From Paramecium tetraurelia (taxonomy: Eukaryota): DNA of 64,000 bases. Location of the stretch: NCBI GenBank assembly GCA_000165425.1, contig CT868319.1:248001-312000 (forward strand), written 5' to 3'. The translations under genes and the position numbers were made by a program. Position 1 is the first letter of the stretch. Each line of letters begins with the position of its first letter. The notes under the pieces were generated by a model. It was not told the origin of the DNA. It made no database searches and saw nothing but the letters and a program-made list of their open reading frames with translations. This document shows, one piece after another, positions 55,008-64,000 of this stretch.

Positions 55008-56045
55008 TCAACCGCTACTTTTCACAAACTTCAAAACTATTGGAGTAGTTATCACTCCTATCGCAATTAATCCAATTAAAATAATACAACACATTTTCTA
55101 ATTTATAATATCCATATCTTACTTTTCTACTCTTCTTATGAATCTTTTATTCCTTAGCTAATGCTTTCTCTCCTTTTTCAATATAATTCTTAGCTTTATT
55201 CAAATTTTATTCTATCTACTATCATAATTCAATACCTATGCTCTCAATTTATTCTCCTTATTATGTTACCAAAAATGCAATCTCAGATAACATTTGAAAA
55301 CAGTACTGAGTACTCTAAAAATACAGTAAGTAAAATACTTTCTCTAACTTTTGAATATCCTAATATTTATCTTATATATCTTAAACTCTGTAAACTAATT
55401 ACAACGATGGTTAACCTAGGGTCTCTTTCATCACCATCTTTTCTAATCCTTAAGGGTCTTAAATGATATCTGATTTCTATTTTTCTGTCAAATTAGGTTC
55501 TAGTATTTCTAACTATTGAATTTGAATTTCAATACTTATCTCTTCATCTTCTTTTGAATAGTTTTGTTATAATTAAAAATCGTATTCTAACCAGATTACA
55601 ATATAGATGCAACTTCTTATTGAATTGCCTTCTAATTATAAATCATCGCTCTGGTTTCTGGTTCATCAGGATCACTTTCTTTAACTAATTTATCCATTTC
55701 ATCAAATAACTTTTTTATTTCAGACGTATTTTTATTAATTTATACTTGTAATTAATCAACTTTCTTCATTGATTCTATATATAGATTTTCTATAACCTTT
55801 TTCTTTTTAAGTGGATGCTGCTGTCTATATTATTTCAGTCAACCTACTAATTTCTTCGTTGTTATTTCTAATTAATTGCAATTTCATTCTAATCATTGAA
55901 CTTTTTTTTTAAAAATCAGGCATCATTTCAGCTATTGATTATCTATTGGAAGGTATCAATTCTATTGTAATGCCATTCTATTGAGCTGTCTATGGTTGTC
56001 TATAATAGTTCTTACCTCTTTTAACTAATAGTATAGATCATTCAT
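55008..56045 (-). CDS. Syntaxin (Qa-SNARE)
   Basis: Habc helices, SNARE motif EIAFLVTQQGEQIESI, C-terminal TM CCIILIGLIAIGVITTPIVL. Confidence 0.82.
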
Positions 56046-56069
56046 TTATTAAATAATAAATAATAATAA

Positions 56070-56653
56070 ATGTTGGATTAGCGTCAAACATTAAGTGATA
56101 TTAAAAAGCTAAGAAATACTCCCTACATTTATTACAAATAATACCAAACTATTGAGAATAATCAACAATAAGAGTCAAAATAAGCGAAACTGATAGCCAG
56201 GCCTAATGTTAGGTATTTGATTCATCTAATTACTGAATGTAGATCCTCTCATTTATCAACAGACATGAAAACCTTTCAAAATGGTAACAAGAACAGAACA
56301 AATTAAGATAAACAAGCCAATAACGTGAAAGAACCAAAACTCAATCTAATTACAGGGCCTTCAGTCTAAATTAAAAAGCTCCTTCTAATTCCAAAAGTCA
56401 ACCTGATTTGATTGATGACAATGAAACCATTTTCGTACCATATCGACAAAGAAACATTTCCTAAAATAGTATCTCAATTTCATATGATAATACTAATAAA
56501 AAACAAAGCTTTTTGCCAGCTATGAATCACTAGGATCCAATGTTATAAACCTTTGGAAAATAAGTTATCATCCTCAAACCCAAGAGATTCCCTACTGAGA
56601 TATTTTAAGGAAATGTGAGCAAGATGAAGAAGCAATTCTAATAAAATTATTGA
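56070..56653 (+). CDS. Hypothetical protein (~180 aa)
   Basis: ATG 56070; exon 2 open from 56243 to TGA 56651-56653; intron donor uncertain. Confidence 0.55.
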
Positions 56654-56677
56654 AATATTTATTTATAACTATATATA

Positions 56678-58016
56678 ATGGAAATCTCCTTTGATTTCGA
56701 CCTTAAAGTGTATCAATAAATAGGTCATGGTGCGTTTAGTTAAGTATTTCTTGGTGAATACGATTCCAAAAAGGTAGCAATAAAAGTATAAACTTTTTGA
56801 ATTTAAATAGGTAATGGATCCTATATACCTTGACTAATTTAAAAAGGAAGTAGAAATTTTGGAGTCCATTCATCATCAGAGTTTCGCCTAATACTTTTAT
56901 GTATTATAATATTTTCTATTCAAAGAGCAAAGAAACTGAAAATTCTTTATACATCGTCTAAGAATATTTGGAGGGCAAAACACTGACTTAATTCATCAAA
57001 ACTGTTTAGATGGAAGAAACACACATCAAACAAATCATTATTGAATTACTCGATTCTGTATCCTATCTACATTCTCAAGATATTATCCATCGAGACATCA
57101 AACCAGGTACTGTATCTATACAAATAGACAACATAATTATTACGACTGAGGGATAACTAAAGCTTATTGATTTTGGTCTTAGTTCCCATTCAGAATCGAA
57201 ACTATCTTATGATAAATGCGGAACCCTCTTATTTATGGCTCCTGAAATGATTTTTAAATAACCATATCTTAAATCTGTTGATATCTGGAGTTGTGGCATT
57301 ATTGCATATCAATTAATCAATAAGAAGCATCCCTTTTGGGATCCATCAGAATCTACTTCAACTTTTGTTCAGAGAGTTCAATAATTCAGCCCTAATTTCT
57401 AAGAAATGAATGAATATCAAAAATCTTTCTTTTTAAAATGTGCTGCTTATTCACCTGAAGCAAGAATGAACGCGAATCAAGCTTTATAGCATCCTTGGCT
57501 TTCAGGAAAAGGAGAATTATGGCAACCAATTACAATGGCAGATATGAAAAAACTTTTTGATAATAAGATGAAAACACTTTAAACAATTAAAGCTCTTCTG
57601 ATGATTAAATTTTTATGCCAAAAATTTGGAACTATTATACCTAACGAATTTAGTAATTATGAATTCAATGACTCCACAGCAGATACTAATACTAATTTTA
57701 AGTTAAAACTAGTTAGAAGTAGTTCTCGAAATCCTTCATTCATTAAGCAAGTTCGTAGCACAAGTACTATCTTCTTTGAAAGCAATAATCTGCCATCCCC
57801 TATTAGATTTACACACAATAATAAACGAGTTTCTATCTCTCCAAATAAAACTATGCTGCATTCAGAATCAATTTAATTCAGCTAAATTGCCAAAAGAAAT
57901 ACACAAGTTATAAAACTGCCGTAATTTTATACTTATAATATAGTCCATTGTCAAATTCTCCTGTTTTAAAAAAATAAAGAAAAAGCAATTTAAATTTTAG
58001 ATTGAAATAGTATTGA
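56678..58016 (+). CDS. CAMK-like Ser/Thr kinase
   Basis: IGHGAFSQV, VAIK, HRDIKP.N, DFGLS, CGTLLFMAPE; 3 introns. Confidence 0.92.
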
Positions 58017-58195
58017 ATTTGTTTATTGATAAATTTTAACAGAACAAATATATTTTGATTGATGTAAATTTATTTAAAACACTTTTACTTTCAATTTATA
58101 GGAATAGTAAAGGTGATAAGGCTGACGATTATAAATAATTTTACTTAATTTAATATTACAATACAAAAATAATGGATAATTATAAACTTATATAT

Positions 58196-59977
58196 TCATC
58201 TATTTGTTGTAATAAAGGTTTTTGCATAATAAAATTCTTGAAGAGTTTTTATTCTTTTTCCAAATTCATTTGTAGCCAAGGGACAAGAAGAGTCATGCGA
58301 TGAGGATCTTAATTGAGTAGTGATTAATGATCCAATTTAAGATTTAATTTTTAAACTGACTTCTCTATTAGCTTAAAACTACTAAAATCTCATTTTTCTA
58401 TAAGATTTTAACACTTAACATTCAAGTGCAAAATTGTTTTGGGAGATGGATTTTTATAAATTTATAGGCGGAATGACACTGTTACTTTTAATTTAGGACT
58501 ATTTCTTTTATTTCAATAATTCAATTTATTTTTTATGAAAGATAAACATATTTTCAGATTGAGGAGTAATTTTCTTACTAATTAAATTATTAGAATTAAC
58601 AATATCAGTAGTAGTAAACATACTTTTTTATTGAGATCTCAAAATCTTTTAGTTTAACTTATTAGTGTCTCTATATAATTCATCGACTGTGACTCTTTCA
58701 GTATTGGTAGAATCAGGATATTGTAATTTTTCCATCGCCTTATCTTGTTTTTGAATATTTTCAAATAGATACTTCTCTCTTCTTTGTAAGTAAGACCTGA
58801 TTACAAAGGATTTCTCTTTCAAAATTTTAAGAAAGTCAGGATGGTTTTTCCTAACAATATTAAAAGCGTCACTTTCCATATAATAAGCGAGAGTATTATC
58901 AGAGGTCATGCAAGAATAGAGTCTGACGGGATGGTTGTCTATAAGTTCTGCTTCTCCAACAAAAGAGTTATCAGAAAGCTGTGAGAGAGTTACTTTCTTT
59001 TTTGGTTTTATTTTTGATTAAAAAATAGATGGTTCTTTATGCTTGCCATGCAAAGCATCTTCATCATAAGATCTATAAATTTCGACTCTCCCTCTAACAA
59101 TCAATAAAAAGAATTTAGGTTCATCTCCCTCCTTCCATAAAACAGTTTATGGGGCAAATTCAATTTTTTAAAAATATTAAATAAACTTGGTTACAATAAA
59201 TTTACTGACACCCACAAAAATACTTAAAAAGTATTCAAAGGTTTGATTCTTTTCTTTAATAGATCTTTCTCCAACGCTTTTAAAATCCTGTCTATTCATA
59301 GTTAAAACATGAAGTTCATCTGATAACACTAAAATGCTGGCAGTACGTGGTTTGTCAGAAGATAAAGCCATATCACCAAAGGCTTAACCTGAGTAAAATT
59401 AAAAGACTTTTTTATAAAGACAGATTCCATCTTTGAAATACATGTTATTAACCTCAAATGGGTTCTTTTACGAAGCTAGAAGTAATTCCATTTAGAGATC
59501 TTAGGCCCTTTTTTTCTTTTTAAATACAGTTTCATAATCTAACACCTCTTCCTCAAATGGGTTCAAGTTACTTTTATACGTTTCAATAACCTCTCTATCA
59601 TTAGCAATTTCTTCTTAAGACTTAGAAACAAAGACTCCTACTTCTCCAAATAATATCAAATAAACTTTGTCCCCATATTCTCCATAATTAAAAACTATTT
59701 ATCCTCTACTAAATTATTCGTATTTGAAATATGAGCAAGCTTGAGCAGTAAATTCTTCTATTTTAGTTCCCTCTGGGCAATTTTTTTTTAGAAATTCAAT
59801 CTACGACATCATTGGAGCAATCTCCTCTAAAAGGGATTACTATGTTATTCTTGTATAAGAACGGTACAAATTGAGAGGAATCTTCAAGTTCTCTTCATTT
59901 TTCTTTCTCTATTGATTGTCATCCACCTTCTGATCTTAAATTACAGACTTTTTCATGTTTTTCGTTGATTGATTCAT
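58196..59977 (-). CDS. Tandem cyclic-nucleotide-binding-domain protein
   Basis: VFNYGEYGDKVYLILFGEV, GQAFGDMALSSDKPRTASI, second domain WKEGDEPKFFLLIVRGRV..SFVGE. Confidence 0.87.
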
Positions 59978-59995
59978 TATAAAATAATAAAATTA

Positions 59996-62900
59996 TCAAT
60001 AATTATGCAGACTATATTGATTCTCTTTGACTTTGAATAGGCCCAGTTATTTCCTCTTCATGTAAAATAATATTCCGCCTATGATCAATCCTCCCCCAAA
60101 AAGCACAATCAGTAATATCCACCACCATCTAAAATATAAAAATCATTAAATACTTGGAACTACCACTTTTATCATCATCTGGAGGGTTAGGAGGAGGTGC
60201 TGGATCATCAACTCTAATGACATTAAATTTTTCTTCCTCCTTGTTGTATGCATTACTCACCGATATTGTAACTTATTATTTATCTTTTAATTGAGAAGGT
60301 CTCAAAACTGAAAGACTTGTTTCTAAACTCATTTAATAACCATTCAACATCTTTCCTACTAAATTGGTATATAGCCTTTTATTTTGACCTTCATTAAAAC
60401 CATAAACTATAAATAGCCCATCCTTAACTTGAAATGCAGTATCTTATAATCCATAAACCATATTAACTGACAATTCCTTATCATTTAATTCATAAATGGC
60501 CAAAACAGTGTCTTGTTTATTTGTATAAGGAATAAATAATAAGTTATCCTCAATAAAATACCCTTTATTCAAGGCTATCCAATTTTTGAAAGGATTAATG
60601 ACATTAATCAATCTACTTTTTACAACTAACTTAGCATTGTCCAAGTCTAACTACAATTTAAAGGATGCAACATCATTTGAAATGATGATATAATTTAATT
60701 AATTATCTTTTATTTCTTAAGTTGCAAAAAGCTATATGTAATCTGTTGTCTTAAAAGCAAACTGATTGTTCTTCCTAACTAAATCGTACAAATAAATATT
60801 ATTCTCTTAGATTATGTTAAGTTTATTCTATTTAAACTCTGTATAATATATGTTTAAATGATCAGCTTAATCAATGAAGCTCAATATATAATTTTAATTT
60901 TCTCCTTCTTTAGGAGTACTATACTTCTGAATCACAAAATCTGTGAGACCCTTGTCATTGTATATGATTTATGTTAGTGTAATGCTCCATTTCGTTAATT
61001 CAGTATTAATATTAAGATAGTAAACATATATTTTCCCAAAATCTTACATAAGTATTAAATCGCTAGGTATTACCACCATTTTTTGAACTCCATTTAAATC
61101 TAATATATCTTAAGGAGTATCAATATTACTACATTTCTAATCCTTATCACACACAGTCAAATATGCATGATAGACATTATTATATTTACAAAGTGTTACT
61201 ATATATTTAGCATTTTCTTGCATGGCAATCATTTCACAGCTATTCGGCGATTAAAATTCAATTAAACTACTCACATTATCTTTGTGATTTATAGCTAGTA
61301 ATTTATCTTTGGTAAGTGCAACATTATATAAGGAATTGAATGATTCAATATCCAAAACATTTGTAGCAATATTTTCACTTATTCTCTCAATTGGTAAGTT
61401 TAATTTAATCAAATCCTTGCATTAATCACAATCAATGCTAATGTTCTGTACTTAACCTTTATATAACTAATTTAACTTAACTGTTGAATTTTATAAAGAT
61501 GAATTAATCGAAATATCTAATTATTAAGTTAATGCTATAGGATATTTAATATTTAAAATAAAGATTGTTTCTAAAATTTTTTAAGTATGTTCAGTATTAA
61601 AAATTGTCAAAGTTTTGGTTACATTCACATAATAATCAAAGTTGTTTAAATTAATAGATTTTATGTATAATTTAGATTATTTTAGGATTGCAAAATACGA
61701 TTAATGAGTTCCATTATTGAAATACAAATGAGTTTTTTGATATCCACAAGCAGACATCATAAATTTATCATCCAAATGAGCATCAATTATTCTAAATAAC
61801 TGATCATTGCTATTTTAATTATATGGTTGATAAACTAAAATCTATTATTGTTTAGTTAGAATGAATAAAAATCCATTATCTTCTGATTGAGTGATCAGCA
61901 TTGGATTCTTAAATTCATGATTATAAATTTATAATTATCTAATTAAATAAACATTATTTAAATCTTCTAAAGAGTATTCTAAAATCTGAGTTTGCTTTAT
62001 CATAAAAAAGGATGATTTATACGTTGTTATCTATACCTCATCAGTATTTAATATACATTCTACCATATTTAGTTGATTATTATAAATAGTAATCAATATA
62101 TTGTCTGAATTACGAATGAATAACAAATGACCATTATATTTTTAATTTCCAAATAACTTTTTAGGACTCCAACTCTTTATCATTCCAAGAGATTTCACTG
62201 TTGGCTCATCAATCTAATCTAAGGGAGCGCCATCAAGTGAATTGTATATTCCAATCCTTTTACTTTTTTCCCTTAAAAGGTATATTCTTCTATCCAATTC
62301 TAAAAGTTGTGTTATTGCTTCTCCAACACTAGTTATTTTATTAAGTTTAACTAATTCTTATTCATTTATTTTCCATAATTCTGCAGTTTATTCCTAATCG
62401 CAAAATACAACATAGGCTTATTCATTATCAATCCACCATTAAAAATGCGATTCATCAACTAAAACGCTAAAACTCTTGCTGAAAACACTTGAGTTTACAA
62501 ATTAAGTGCATTACTCAATCAAAGAGATTGAATTTTATTTACAATTATAAATTTAAACTTCTTTATTCTTTAATTAAAAGAGAACATAGACTTGTGTGTC
62601 ATTAAATTATAACATATCTTAATAATGTATATCTGATGCTTGAGGCCAATTTGAAATAACCATCTCTTCTAAAGTCTCAAATTCCATGTCTAAATCATCT
62701 CCTTAGTTTTCAAATTTAAATTAAACATTTGGGCCACTCATAAATTAAATTACATCTTAAGTATAATTTACTGATGCCAGCACATCTGTGATTACTTATT
62801 ATGGTTTATCATTAAAATACAAATTAAAATCATTTTAGTTTAAAATTTATAAGGAAATCTCTTTAGTAAAAGTTTCACCTTTTGAAACAGCTTAAATATT

Positions 62901-63980
62901 AAAGGATGCTTTATCAACGGCTACATTTCCTGATTTAATTAATAGATATCCATCGCTTATGTAATATCTTCTAGTTAAATTATAACTAATCGATATCAAA
63001 TCTGGATAGACCGGATTAACCAAATAAAAATTAACTTATTGTAAGGTCTTCTGATTAATTAATATCTTATTATATATCGAATATTAATAAATAGTATTTT
63101 CATCTTCAACTATAATATAATGATCAGATATTTTTATTTAAGAGTTTTAGGATATTTTCTTAGGTAGGGAATAGGTACTTACACCTTAAGAATTTAAATA
63201 TAAATCAAATGTGGTATCTTTAAGAATAACAAGTATGCTAAGCTTTTTCCCGTTGTCATCCAAAAAGTAAACATAATCAAAGGCTATGATATTACCATAT
63301 AATTTAATAAAAAAGGTAGAAGTCCAATCTCCATACTTATCAAAGCTCAAAGCTGCCACAAATAGGTTATCCAATATAAAAACCTGATTATATACCAATT
63401 TATAATCAATTAGGTAAAATTTAAAGGTCTCTTCCAATTGATCTTTATAAAGAATTTTCAAAATGTTAGTGCTGATTTCAACTGATTATTCTTCAAAAGT
63501 GATTGCAGGAGTTTTGATTTTATATATTTAAATGATGGAATCAGATTAAAAAATGGATCCTTATAATAAGTAGTCTTATTCATCTTGATACAAATGAGCA
63601 ATCTTTCTTTTCCTCATAGTTTTATATCCAAGGGGATTGGCTACTTACTGTTATTGGAGACTTTAGTCTTTGGCAATGACATAGAATTTATTTTATAAGG
63701 GTTAATCTGTAACTTAGAGAGCACAATCCACAATATAATGAGAAGAATCAAATTATTCTGCATCGAAGCATATCATATTGTTTTCATTAGTCACTTATAA
63801 ATGTTCATTAAATTTAGGTGTAGCAACATTTTCCTCCTAAGGACTTAAGAATTTTGAGAAATAAATACTTTTCGGAGTAATGTACATTGAACGTTCCTTT
63901 ATTATTTTCTAAGAAAAGGAAGTGATTAGTCCAATGACCAAATAAATGCTATGCTTTAACACTAATGATGTCATCGGCAT
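59996..63980 (-). CDS. Large type-I membrane/surface protein (~1300 aa), ciliate-specific
   Basis: Hydrophobic N-terminus, long beta-rich ectodomain, PAPPPNPPDDD linker, TM WWWILLIVLFGGGLIIGGILFY, tail MKRK..NQYSLHNY*. Confidence 0.75.
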
Positions 63981-64000
63981 CTAATAATTATAATTCATCA

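Noticed and set aside
1..64000. tRNA, rRNA, telomeric repeats, transposons, IESs
   Set aside because: No cloverleaf, GC-rich structural RNA, G3-4T2-3 repeats or transposase seen; genes are uninterrupted, consistent with IES-free macronuclear DNA

Overview
AT-rich, gene-dense eukaryotic DNA, almost certainly Paramecium (tetraurelia-like) macronuclear sequence. Genes read through only in the ciliate nuclear code (TAA/TAG=Gln, TGA the sole stop) and are split by ~20-35 nt GT..AG introns, so the supplied ORF track is fragmentary. I re-translated by hand and support about 42 genes: two trichocyst matrix proteins, CEP104, DNALI1/p28, four MORN proteins, a TTLL, eIF2B-gamma, IVD, PRPF18, WDR55, EIPR1, an RPC5-like subunit, an HSF, five kinases, ABCC and MFS transporters, an OSCA/TMEM63-like channel, a syntaxin and several orphans or pseudogenes. 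Most interesting: (1) a 119-nt intron inside the HSF DNA-binding domain whose hairpin buries both cryptic 3' splice sites (candidate structure- or temperature-controlled splicing switch); (2) a STIL-N-like gene next to CEP104; (3) a kinase/OTU divergent pair with start codons 7 bp apart; (4) a TTLL ligase with a signal peptide; (5) a tandem pair of 8-Cys small secreted proteins; (6) a double Ulp1-like pseudoprotease. No rRNA, tRNA, CRISPR or transposon was recognised. All family assignments come from remembered motifs, not database searches; boundaries are hand-derived.
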